In this document: positions 40,551 to 52,919 of the stretch, one piece after another
Layout: the number at the start of each line of letters is the position of its first letter
Position numbering within the stretch: position 1 is the stretch's first letter
Source: Utricularia gibba
Taxonomy: Eukaryota; Plantae; Magnoliophyta
Length of the DNA: 64,000 nt
Assembly: GCA_002189035.1 (NCBI GenBank)
Contig: CM007991.1
Location: forward strand, 1,116,001-1,180,000
Reading direction: 5' to 3'
Made by a program: the position numbers and the translations under genes
Notes under the pieces: model-generated
What the model was told of the DNA's origin: nothing
Databases searched by the model: none
The model's input: only the letters and a program-made list of their open reading frames with translations

Positions 40551-41516
40551 TTACCATTTTGGATTCATGAAGAAATCATGCATGGGGTTTGACAGATGAG
40601 CGGCTTCATCTTCATGGCTGTCTTTTGATCCCCAGTCATCAAGAAAATGGTGCATCACTTTCTTGGGCTGCTGCTCATCTCTCCCCACGAAGGGCATATC
40701 GAAGCTGTACGGGTGATGCTGTTGTTGGTCGTTCTTTTGAGGAATATGGTCGTGAATCGTCATCCCATAAGAAGAGTTTTGAATGGTCTGGGACAGTGCC
40801 AGTTTCCAAGAAAAGTCATTCTCTGCTCTTCTCATGGTCCCAGAATTTGAACTGCTACTCCCACTCTCACACAGCAATGAATGCTGCTCCTCACATGTTC
40901 CTCTGTTTCTTCTGTTTCATATTTCACATAAAAACAGGCATTGAAGCAAGAAAACCAAAAAGGAATAATCATCACCTGAAGTCGTGGGTAGGTGTGGATA
41001 TGGATGAATTGAGAAGGAGGGAATCCGATGCTCGAGGCTGAGACAAAACTTCCACAGGCTTTCTTGAACGGTTTCTTCCTCGATGCATGTGTCTTTCGCA
41101 GTACTTGGAATCTGGGTACACTTCTTTTGAGCACCTCCATTTCTTACCGTCAGTTCTTCTGCACCTCCCTGGCTCCGGGTCTATCTTTCTGCCTAATCCC
41201 ATGTGAAAGTTGCCACTCCATCCAACTGCAAAACCAAAGAAACAATTTTTTTTTCCACTGCTTCAAAGAGACTCAAAGAAAGGAAGGGAGTCGAGGTTGA
41301 GGAAATACTGGTTTGGTGCTGGGGTTGTGGGAGGAGGAACTTGGAGGATATTGAGGAATCTAAGCTTCTTCGAATGGTGAAGAGGAGATCTGGAGGAATA
41401 GGCATCCCAGAAATAAGATACTTGTAAACAAGAGCTTGGTGTTCAAGCTCTTGCCATTGGGAAGTAGTGAAGGGGTGCTTGCCTCTTCCTGCTAAACCTG
41501 CACTCATCATCATCAT
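40551..41516 (-). CDS. GRF: Growth-regulating factor (GRF5-like), QLQ + WRC domains, 3 coding exons
   Basis: QLQ domain [23 protein letters not shown] domain [44 protein letters not shown], and C-terminal HHFLDDW. Confidence 0.95.
41050..41070 (-). promoter_or_regulatory. miR396 target site in the GRF WRC-coding exon
   Basis: The sense strand reads CGTTCAAGAAAGCCTGTGGAA, the canonical GRF miR396 site with its single-nucleotide bulge. Confidence 0.96.
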
Positions 41517-43246
41517 ATACCAACACAAACACCAGAGGAGGAAGAACAAGAAGAAGAGAGGCTAGAGGGCAAGGGAAGTGGTAAATGCAAATGCATTGTG
41601 TTAGCTGCAGAGTTAGGTTTATTTAATTCAGGGAGCAGGCCATTTTGGGTTTGTGGGGTTGAAATGAAATTGTGGAAGAATTATCCCAAGCTTTCAAACC
41701 ACACTGGCCTGTGTTCTCTCTTTTTTGTGTTGAATCCGCTGCTTCTCTTTCACTCACACACACGCAGTTGCAGAGCCATTATGAGCACTGCTACTTTGCC
41801 TCTGTGACTGCGAACTGGCAAGTGGCAGGCGCCTGTCTCTGACTAGAAACATACGGAAATCTATAAAAGCTCAGTATGTGGGAACAAGGAGACCCCCTCT
41901 TTTCTATTGTCTTCATAAATGCAAGGGAAGCTCTACCCCTCAATCCCTCTCCTTATCCTTTCACAATTCACAGCCATAGATTTTATTGCAGCACTTGTAT
42001 CTTGATGGTCAAATAACATCAACACATGCTTCAAATATGACCATAAATTGTTAGGAATACCACTGTGACATGTCTAGAAGCAACCCAATTAGAGCACACG
42101 TGAATATAACTATTCTGACTACACACAAAAAGATTTATCAGATGGTATTGGACCATGTTGGCTGGCTATACACAAGAATCACCAACATACTTTGCTTTTC
42201 GAGGCAGTAGCCTAAACAAACACCAGATGCAAAGAAAGAAACTCCTTGCCTGCAAGCTGTATAGGAGTGGCGTTCCTTGGGTAGGCGTGAAGCATGAGAA
42301 AAGTGTACGGCCTCACCACTTTCCAGGCAAGCCACTTTGCTCTTTTCAGTGTTTCTTCGCTTCTTTATCGGGAGACCTGTGGCCTGCTATGCTATACTCT
42401 AGCTTTCTGGGATTCGGCCGAAAGGAGCAAGTATTCTGTTCTGGGGATTAGTTTGGGAGAATAGGAAAGTGTTAGAAGTGTATTCCTTTTAACAGAAAAT
42501 TAGAAAAGATTAACAGCAGCACATATGTTGTTCGAACAAAAAATTCCTCTGCAGGACAGTTAAAAGATCACAAAGATAGGCTCAGCATTTCTCGTAAGAG
42601 AGTCTGGTTGGCTGCAGCAGAAACAGGTGATTGATCTCTATGCCATCTGACCTTCAGCTTACTTTCTCTTTTCATCACCAAACGTGTCCTTTAAATGGTC
42701 CCCAAGTCTGCAAGACTGGGTGTTTTTCCTTGGTGTTAAAATTCAGTCAAGCATATCTTCAAAGTAAAGTACTGTTAACATCCATCAAATTGAGCCACAT
42801 TATGAAAAAGAGAATTGGATTGAATTTTGAGTGTTCATTGCTGTAGAATGCAATACAATGTACATGAGCACAGTTGCATGAGGGAACACAACAAATAGAA
42901 AAATAAACCAACACCACCAGCCTCCAATGCATGAATTGGGGTGCCCGTACATAGTTTAACTGACTTTCCCATATAAGCAAGCAGTCCTTTTGTATCAACT
43001 CTACATGTACTATGATTCTGAAGACCAACTTATCAAAACAACAACACAAAACAAGCACTTAGATCTTCCCTTCCAACTGAAAGGGAGAACTCCAAATGGA
43101 TCTGTACGAAGATTTCATTAATCAATCGTTGTGTGCAACTCCATAACAAAAAACCGAGACCTGTGATTGATCCATCGAGGCTGAAAAGAATAAATATTCG
43201 AACCTTGGGAGATTGAAGCGGGAGTAGGATTCGAAAATTGATCTAT

Positions 43247-46001
43247 CTACAGTGACGTTGAGTCTATAGGGTCTTGCCCTAATCCAGACTTCAGTCTGTT
43301 CACTTTCTTCTGGAGTTCCAGTGTTGATAAACGTTCTATCTCCAAGGCACGCTCAAGCTTTTACACAAGACACAATAGATTAACAATACATAACAAACTT
43401 TATTTATAAATTCTTCCAGGGTAATAAGAAAAAAGTAAATAGAAACGAGAAAAATGTACCAACCAACCTTGGCAGCTCTCGTACTCCATTCCCCTAATAT
43501 CGCTCTGAGCCTTTCGTTTTCATCAACATACTATGTCATCAATAAGCGAGAATAAGAAAAATCATCAAATACTGGAAAAAAAACAACTAGTAGAAAAAGT
43601 GGAGCGAGGTTGAGGAATTCACCGGACGGCAATTTCAAACAAAGATACCATCGCCCATGTACCTGAGTGTTCATTGAGTGGTAACGCTGAATCTCGGAGT
43701 CCCTCTCGGTGATCAGTGAACGAGCAAGTTTTAGCTCAGATTGCAGTTGGTTCATCTGCGAGGATGAGAATTTTCAGCATGCAGCAAAACAAAGATAAGC
43801 AGTGCCAAAAGATAGCATACCTCTGCTGAAAGCGTGCGTAGCTCCTGGTCACGAATGGACAGTAAGTGTGCTAGGTCAACCTATCAAGGGCCAAAAGATA
43901 GTTATCGTTCAATCTGGTTTGTGGGGAAAATTAGACGATGGATCCAGCAAAGAACATTACTACCTCTGGAGTGCTCCCACCGTTGGCTCTTTGGTACTTG
44001 CTCAAGCATTCTTGCAACCTAAGAATCTACAGAGATCATTCGCACATTATTCACAAACAAAATATTGTTCATCATACACAATCTACTACAAATAATCACT
44101 TGAGGAGTCGGGAAAAATATATATGTGTGCATCATGCTTCGAAGAATGCAGTACACATTCACTGATCGCGTTACCTCCTCACTTAAAAAGTGAATATTTT
44201 CCTTCTGATACTGCAGCAAGGACATCTGTTGATCACAGAGCCGACCTCTGTCATGATATCTATCACAGAGGATAAATATATACATGCATTAACCTCTTCA
44301 TAAGATGATAAACAGAAACTTAGAATACAAATCTAAGAGTTTGGAGCACCAATGTGGCAGTTACCTCAATTCTTCTGGAGTGCTCGACGTTTGAAGGGGT
44401 GAGTATAGGGAGTTCAAAACATCAGGCTCAGAATCCAATGAGTTGTAACTTTGCACATACCCTACAGTGACAACTTTACCCCTTACCACATAGCCTCAGT
44501 GACCACATACTTTTTTGTGCTCTAAGCAACAAACTTAAGTCAAGTCAGATTCAGTAGCTGAATCCTAAATCAAAATACCATTGTACTACATTACCGACTC
44601 TGATAAGAGAATTTACCAATATAGATGCTCATGAAAAATCCAGCGAAGACTGCCTCAATAAGCATGATTATTCTGCAGAAAAGCCAATCCTCGAAGGTCA
44701 TCAAATTTAAAGAATTCTCGGACATTATTAAAAACTGAATGAACAGAGACATATTTGATGGAAGTTTGAATACTAATCAGATATATCTAACCTGAGCATC
44801 ATGGAAATTGAAAGAATTCCAAAGTGGGGTTCCCAAGCCATGACAAGAAGCATTAGAGCAGTCCCTAAATTCGTGCAACAAAAACCAGTTGAATGAGCTA
44901 TCCAGCATTTCAATGTTACGATGCAGCAAGACTATGCCAGAAGTAAAATGCGCTCACCATATGCAAACGTTAGAAATGGTAAGCGAATTATATGTTTCAG
45001 CTTTTGACTGAAAGCATAGTATCCCTACAGAATTAGAAGTGTCAGCTGACCATAAAATAAGAAGATCTGTAATTCAAAAAAATAAGTAATCCAGATCACC
45101 TATAAATATCCAACAAAAAAGCAGCTCTCATGTGCAATACCATAACAGGATTCCATGAACTAAATTAAACATTTGGCAATGGGCACACATTCTATAGGAA
45201 CAAATTATATGGAACATTTATGCAATTACCTGCAGTCGTATCTTTTGAGCTTGGTAGACCATGTATTGTTGAAATACTCCTGTAGATTTAAAGACCTAAC
45301 CCTTAGCAATGATCGCATCTTATCAAAGTTCAAATTTACAAGCGCATTTGGTGAAGACATAATCAACACATCATAAGACAAGACCCTAGACGATTTTATT
45401 CTAAAGGAATCATTTGCCAAATGAAAATAGGAAGACGCATGTCTGGATACATAAGAGCCATCAAATCAACAATGAGTAAGAATCATCATCTCATATGCAT
45501 TATATACAAGGTCCATCAGGGTTTAAACCAATAAGGAAAAGAAGATGGGGAATTTACAGTGTTCGGTGACCTGTAATAATTAAAAGAAGAACATCACAAG
45601 CACAGAGTATCAGAGCAAGTTCTTCGAAAGATTGAAGTATCCATGTGGCTCCCCCAGCAATAACTGCATAGCCTGCCTAGAATGACGCATTATATTAAAC
45701 AGAATCGTCAGAAAACGACGACCACAGAGATGCACACCCATGAAAATTACATGCCAGTAGAAGGCAGTAAAAGAAGCTCCCAATGACCCGCGTTCGCCTC
45801 CGATGGCCAATCAAAGGAGCATCTTGCATAATGTCAAGAAACCTACATGAATATAAGTCAAGGAAAAAAATCACCCACAGAATGCAAAATTGCGGAACCT
45901 CTAAAAGCACAATCTTGCCATCATTCGGGAACAATGAACTCTTACAGTTCGGCTTCATTAGGGGATGCAACGAACGAAGAGGACGGCCTTTCCGCTGACA
46001 T
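43247..46001 (-). CDS. FIP1: FRIGIDA-interacting protein 1-like (TMEM192 family), multi-exon
   Basis: Motifs FLDIMQDAPLIGHR, GVFQQYMVYQAQKIRLQGYYAFSQKLKHIIRLPF, LLQYQKENIHFLSEE, VDLAHLLSIRDQELRTLSAE and MNQLQSELKLARSLI appear on GT-AG exons that stay in frame where checked. Confidence 0.9.
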
Positions 46002-47044
46002 AATTGAAAAGTTGCTCCAATTTTTTCTAACTGCTCCTGCTAGTTCATGGATTTCGCAGCAAAATTGATGCACAGGTGTCTAGACCGAGAGCGTTAAGTT
46101 CCCGATGCATATCCCAGAATCCAACGGCCGAATTTCATTACTATCAACGACGGATGAGTACATAGAGCCAATCTCTCTCCAGTGAAGCCCAATACCGTGT
46201 AACCGGGCCCAATGTGTAGGATACCCAGACTACTCAACACCAAAATACTAGGCCTTGTCTCCAGAAATAATTTTTTTATTTAATTTTTAAAATCAATAAC
46301 TTTATTTCTAAAAAACTTTAGATAATTAATTTTTTATTCAATATAATAAATTTTTTAATAATATAAATTAAAAAGTACCTTTTCATTTTAATAAACCATT
46401 AGGAGCATTTTTTGAAAGAATAAATTTTTTCAGATTTTAAATCGTCAACAAATTGTAGACAAACCATTCATGTTTTGAAAGGTTAAATCGTGATTTAACT
46501 GTTTATTTTTTAAAAAAATTAATATTTTTCTTATTAAATTTATCATCATAAAAATTTAAGCAAACTTTGATTAAATTATAGACTTATAGTTGAATCATGA
46601 TTTATTTTTTTCTATTTTAAAATAATTCAATCATTCATTTAAAATGTAAAGCATCACTCCACCCAAAATGAGTGGCGAAGTCCCTGTGCTTATGTGTGGT
46701 ATTCATTCATTGTCTTGTATTCTAAAAATGCGGGATCATGCCTCATTCGTCGGCGGCAAGCAAGTGACGTGTACACTTCTTGTAGAGCTTCTAACAGGCC
46801 AAATACCGGTCGACCGGAGTGGCCGAAAAGAGGGCATCCCCGGGCGCAGTGGGCCCACAAATACCATCGCCTCTTAAATATCACATTAATTACAAATATG
46901 ACCACCTTTTCATTTTTCCCACACATCAACTTTAGAAAATTAAAATCAATTTTTAATAAATAAAAGACTTCTAAATCAACGACTGTACATAGCACACCCA
47001 ACAATGGGTTTTTTTAAAAATATCCACTGTATTTTTACTATGTG

Positions 47045-47118
47045 AGAAATCTACACACCCTCAGTACAAATTTTTGTACGTGATGTGTGAGATAGGGAGT
47101 GAGGGTGTATAGATTTCT
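47045..47118. repeat. Short inverted repeat (19-bp arms, 1 mismatch), MITE-remnant-like
   Basis: Arms are agaaatctacacaccctca (47045-47063) and tgagggtgtatagatttct (47100-47118). The inner gtacaaatttttgtac is itself palindromic. No target-site duplication is seen. Confidence 0.7.
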
Positions 47119-48270
47119 AAACAGTTAATTAGTGTTTTGCATGTGTCATTGTTTTTTATTGGGATTTTATTAGAACTTTTGCTTTGCTTTGCAAATTACA
47201 TACTTTTTTACTTTTATTTGTAAAATACATTATGTTTATAAATTTGTTTGCAAAATAAAGGTATTTCAATTTTAAAATCATGTATAACATATTCAAAATT
47301 TTATAAAATACTTGTTATCATTTTTTAATCCATGATTTTCAAATGAATAAATGATAAACTTAATTACAAAAAATTTAAATATTTCCAGTTAATTTAAAAT
47401 GATATTGAACATGTATGGAAAATAATTAATAATTAAAAATTACTAAAAAATTGGATAATTGTAATAATTGATATACAATAAAAAATGTTATTAATTTCAA
47501 TATGATACTTGATTTTAATTATTTTGAAAATCATTTTAAAATACAAAAAAATATTTTTTATTACAATTTTGAGTGTGACATTTATTATTAAAATAAATGA
47601 ATAATAATATAAAAATTAATTATTAATTTTTATTTCGTAAATAACTTATCATTTATTATATTACATTTTTGTAAAATTTTTTAATTAATTTACTAGTATA
47701 GTTTTCTTTATATCATTATTAATAATAAATTTTACTATTTAATATAATTTTTGAAAACATTATACTTTAGATTCTTTTGTTTTTATGTAAAGATCATTGT
47801 ATTCAATATTCATATACATCAAAAAATAAGAATATATCCATTATGACGTTTTTTTATTTACAAAATAAAAAGTCTGGTATTTTGTAAATGAAAACTTAGA
47901 TTACATGTAATTTTCTAATAAAAAAAACTTATGGTATTTTGCAAATAAATGTAGTCTGACACACGCATTTACCAAATTTTGTCGATTTCTGAATCGCCCA
48001 CAACAACATAGTTTGTGTAAAGGGTAGAAAGGTAAAAACCCACACAGCGTCAGCCGGTTGAATTTGTCTCTAGCCGATAACTACACCATTTCCATTTCCT
48101 CCCCCTTGGGGACCAGACCGGACCGGACCGTACGGGTATCATCATTGAACCCTGGACAAAAGTGGCATGTAAAAGAGCATCTCCCGTCTTACCATTTCCA
48201 CTGCATGTGACCTTTTGTCCTTTGATTTGACCCACCGTCGGAATTTTTTCAAAGAAGAATATATAGAAAA

Positions 48271-49675
48271 CACGTGGACGCATTATAAATTATTACCGTT
48301 TTTGCCTTGAAGTGTCACTAATTGAATGTGTTGTCGGTAAGAGCATGGGAGCCATGACCCGGCATGTTATTTGGTGTCATCAAGCAAGGGACAGTGAACC
48401 GGATAAGGGAGATGCATGGCCATGTCTACAAATTAAAGGCTTCATCCATCCCGTACACATTTATTGGTCTGAAAATGTAAGTAACATTTTTATTATCTTC
48501 TGCTAATAGGCGCGGACCACACGTGATGCCGCCTGCAGACGTGAGAGAGCCGGATTACATTTCCAAACGGGGGACACATACCTTTAAATATAAATATATA
48601 CGCATTTTACAAATACCAAATATTATCAATTAATACATATATATATATATATAAGTTAGCCTGTGGGACACCACATGTCAATGGATTTTCAAATCAGAAT
48701 CCAATGCACTTGAAATCAGTTTGAATAGATAAAATTCGGATTTTTTTTTGATTGAGATATAAATGTTTGTAATATTTATTTTAAAGATTCCTGAATCAAA
48801 GAATTGCAAAAGTCCCACTAACTTAGTATAAATCAACGATATATATTATCTAATAATTAATTCATATTACAACAAACAATTTCATATCGTGAATTAAAAA
48901 TGAAATAATTAAATATATCATAAATTATAAATCAATAGTAATGAATTGATAATATTCTTTTTTAATGTAATACACGTTTTTTTATATACTTGAATTTTAC
49001 GTATATTCACTTCATTCATTGAATTTTAATATAAAGAAAAAATTGTTGAGTAATAATTTTTAAATATTAAAAATTAACTTTTTTGAAATAGTGGAAATTA
49101 ATTATATAATAAAAAAATAATTTTGTAATTTTTCACAAATGGGAGACACTAATGAAGCCAAGAGCACATTTTAAAATACAACTTTATCAAAAACATTTTT
49201 TTAGAAACACACACCATCCAAATGTTCCGATGAATAATTTAATTTTTAATAATTGACACGTGACCTGTAACCTTTAAAAACCGATAATAAGGAAATGATT
49301 TTTTCCACTAATGCATCTTATGCTCCATGTGTTTTTTTTTATTTCAAAGGCATGATTGGTATCTAATCATGTCGCGAGGGGGCACTATAGAAGCCCAAAC
49401 AGCTAACTGTGCCGTGTTACAACGGCTAGTAGCTTGTGTGTGAATTATAAATAATAATTTTAATTTCGTATTAAAAAATTACTAGCCATTTTCATTTGAA
49501 ATTTCTTGCCTAATTTAGATAAAACAATTATTGATAAGGTGAATAAATTATTTAAGCCTGAAAAAGCAATTTCCTTTTTTCTTTTTTTGATTTTTGAAAA
49601 TTCTTGGTATTCGCTGCGACTCTGACCTAGCAGGGCTAGGTAGGCACCGGTTCTCGAGGAGGCAAAAAACACGTG
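48271..49675 (+). promoter_or_regulatory. Four G-boxes (CACGTG) upstream of the JAZ gene
   Basis: CACGTG occurs at 48271, 48520, 49257 and 49670. JAZ genes are known MYC2 targets through G-boxes; function here is inferred. Confidence 0.6.
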
Positions 49676-49809
49676 CTTTAGGAAGAGCTTCTTCTTCACG
49701 CCTAAAGTCACAATACATACAGAGGGAGATATACGCACACACCCAAGCGTCGGTTCGGTTGGTTCTAGGACGATACTTTTTCCACTCTCGAATTTCTTCC
49801 TTTTCATCC

Positions 49810-50762
49810 ATGGCCTCCGATGCTTTTGACGATTCTGGCCATTTCTCCGGCGGACGGCCTAAAACCTTCTCTCGAACGTGCTCCTTGTTGAGCAGATACT
49901 TGAAGGAGAAAGGAAACTTTGAAGAACTAACCCACGCTTTGAATCGGACCGCTGATTGTAAAGGTTTCTTTCATATTTTTCGTGTTTTTTGCTCTGGATT
50001 TCTTTCCGATTTCTCGCTCCGATGCCTGATTTGTTGAATCTGTGAATCCGCAGACCGATTTGAGACGATCGATTTTCTGCCGATGATGGAGAGATCTGCT
50101 CCAGTGGAGCCCTTCCCTGTTGAGTGGTAAATGACGTTTGGCTCCACGCTTGCCAAGAAACCTCTTGATTCATGCACGTGAAAGTTGAACGCCTTGTTGA
50201 GTAAATGACTTTTTTACTTTAAAAATCAGTGGTATCGGTAGCGGTGGGGAAATGCTCCTGCCAGATGCGGCCTCGATGACGATTTTTTACGCCGGCAGGG
50301 TCATAGTTATCGACGATTTGCCGGCAAGTGGAGCCGCAGAGATTTTGCAGTTGGCGGCCAGATCCAACGTAGCCCAGTCTCCGCCGCCAGAATCCGCTGC
50401 TGATTTCTTTCACACTTTCCATCCTCATGATTCTTGTGAGCCCTTGGTCACTTTCTCAAACTGCGCGGGTCAGGGAAAATAAAAGTTTAAAGCAATTTTC
50501 GGCTCCTCTGCTTGGTTTTGCAGGTTTACCCATGGCTAGGCAAAGATCAATAGTACAGTTCCTCAAGAAGAGAAAAGAGAGGTGAGGACCTCCTCCTCAA
50601 GCCATTTCCAATCCTATTCTAGGAATTCGTCTTTTAGATCTTCGGTTCACTTCCTTTGACGGCAGAATCATCGCAAATGTTGATGTGCACGGCGACCAAA
50701 CCAAGGCCCCCGCAGGCAAGAAAGGCAGATCTCATCTCTTCTCCGTTCAAGGTCGCAGATGA
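49810..50762 (+). CDS. JAZ: JAZ/TIFY repressor (JAZ1/2, TIFY10-like), 5 exons
   Basis: N-terminal FSRTCSLLSRYLKEKGNF, ZIM domain MTIFYAGRVIVIDD, and a Jas-like LPMARQRSIVQFLKKRKER split by the conserved Jas intron at 50582. Confidence 0.92.
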
Positions 50763-52340
50763 AACTATTCGATCATGCCCTTTGTGAAATTTCGTCTATG
50801 AATATGCCGGGGGGTGTAGCAGATTAGCATGAGCCCTCACCGTATCATAATAAACTCTAGTCGCGTCTAACACAGGGGTGCCTTCTGTAGGGGGATTTAT
50901 CATTTATGCATTAAATATTAACTCGCCCCTCTCTCAGTTTTATTACACCTACTATTTATTCCAACTGCTCTTCAGATTTGTGAGGTGCATTTTATATGAC
51001 ATTTAATAATTTTCATTTTTTAAATGTTGCCGTTAGAGTATTAATTTTCGAATTTCCTACATTTACCTCAAATGTTCAATTATTCACACATTATTTATAA
51101 TGTTGTGCATTTAAATAAAAAAAGTCATTCATAGACCAAAAATTGATTTCCCAATTAATTTGGATTTTCAACAATTTTCTCTTGAAACATTTTTTTTCAA
51201 TGGTAATATTTGCTTTTTTTTTCTTGGTTTGGGCCCTTTTTGGCTTTTTGGAAATTTAGTGTCCTTGGTGAGGTTTATTCTACCATTGGCTACAAGTTCA
51301 AGTTTGATTCTGATATAAAATGAAATGATTCATTATCTTATTATACAATATTATCGGATTTGTGTATTTATTTTTATAATTTTATGTTTTATTTTCTTAA
51401 AAAAAATACCTAATGTAAAATTAGATAATATACGTCAGAAACTGTTTATATACCCTATCACCATCAGTAACTATTGTTTAAATTTGTATATTGTTTGAAA
51501 TAATATTGTAATCTAAAATTTAAAAGATTGGAAAATGTTTTGGAAGATGCGTTCGTCAGTCAACTAGTGAACCGTATTGGTTCTGAGCACCAACCAGACG
51601 TAACTAACTCCCTGCATGTCAATCACATTTATGAGTTCCATATGCAGTATGTGTTTACAAAAGTGGACATTCCTCATTTTTTTTTCTCGATAAAAAATCA
51701 TTATTAAATTTGTTTAGTAATGCTTAATATTTTTATATGAATATTTTAATAAAATAAAATTTCATAATAATATCATTTTTTAAAATATTTTATTAAAAGC
51801 ATAAGCTGTTGAGCCCAAAATTTGAATAAAATGGACATCGGCAATTGGATCATGGTCCTTTCGGACACCAGAATCTTTCCATTGAGGCCAACAAGCACGG
51901 GCTTCCTCTTATGCAAATATGGGCCGAGCCAGCCGGTTCAGCCCAATAAAACAAGCCCAGCCCAAAAAAATCTCTGTGATTTCATCCGGATGAATCCATT
52001 CCCTTCGGTTCAAAACAGTTCATGTGATTCCATAGAAACAGCATCCTGAACAGAATTCCATATAATGTTTGTCCGATCGTGTAATAAAATTCATTTCCTG
52101 TGCACGGGAAAAAACTCAGAAGTTGTTCATCAAACGCATTCAATAGGATGAAGCTTTGGAGGCCTGTCTTCCTCCGACAGGAAACTGCAGTTTAAGCTCC
52201 AAAGTCGGAAACTTTAGCAGAACACAGGAGTAGATAGATAGAGGTGTAACACGTTGCATTTTACAGAGGGGCATGGGATAAGATACAAGCACCACACACA
52301 GCGTGAGATCTGAGATCCCCACAGCGAAGAAGAAGAAGCC

Positions 52341-52919
52341 TCAAGGAGAAACACTGGATTCATCAGCGAGATTTATCAAGTAGAGTGCATTACTGGTTAC
52401 TCTTGCAACATCAGTAATCTTCTGCTTCACGTCCACTCTCACTCTCCCGTTGATCTCCCTGAACCCATCCATACACGTTTCCTCGTTCGTTAAAGCAGCG
52501 CTTACCCACGTCTCCGCGTTGCTCATCTGCCACTGGAAATCAGCGCCGCGCCGGACACCCTGCAGCGCCACCAGCGTTTTCCGGAGCTCCTCCATTGAAT
52601 CCCCCATCTGCTCCAAGCAGTCGGAGAGCGCGCCCTGTTCCCTGTGCCCCGTGCCCTTCAACTGGGATAAGAAATCCGAGGCTTTTTTGACCCGGCCAAG
52701 GCTGATCCGGACTCCCGCAAGCGCCAGGTCCCGCGGCGTGGCGGCGGACCCCCCGTAGGCCGAAAGCGAACGGAAGCAGATGTCCGGGTAACTGGCATGG
52801 ACGCAGGATGCACGAACAAGGTCCCGCTTTGGCACATTGTTTTCCGTCGCAGTGACAACTGTCGCCTGAAAAAGAAGGACCGCGGCGGCAGAGAGGAGGA
52901 GATGAAAAGGGTTAGACAT
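52341..52919 (-). CDS. PMEI: Pectin methylesterase inhibitor / plant invertase inhibitor family protein, intronless
   Basis: 192-aa ORF with a signal peptide, SCVHASYPDIC, ALSDCLEQM, WQMSNAETWVSAALTNEETCMDGF and TSNALYL. Confidence 0.96.
   Translation of the reverse strand: MSNPFHLLLSAAAVLLFQATVVTATENNVPKRDLVRASCVHASYPDICFRSLSAYGGSAATPRDLALAGVRISLGRVKKASDFLSQLKGTGHREQGALSDCLEQMGDSMEELRKTLVALQGVRRGADFQWQMSNAETWVSAALTNEETCMDGFREINGRVRVDVKQKITDVARVTSNALYLINLADESSVSP

Noticed and set aside
42130-42460. GC-richer block with short ORFs, considered as an organellar insertion
   Set aside because: No organellar gene is recognisable. It is equally explained as GRF leader or upstream sequence.
43216-43237. 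TTCGAATCCTACTCCCGC on the minus strand, resembling a tRNA T-arm and acceptor stem
   Set aside because: There is no D-arm, anticodon arm or A-box upstream; it lies directly after the FIP1 stop codon in the 3' UTR.
47150-47960. AT-rich spacer with weakly complementary ends (possible Mutator-like MITE)
   Set aside because: The similarity is within what AT-rich DNA gives by chance, and no clear TIR or TSD is present.
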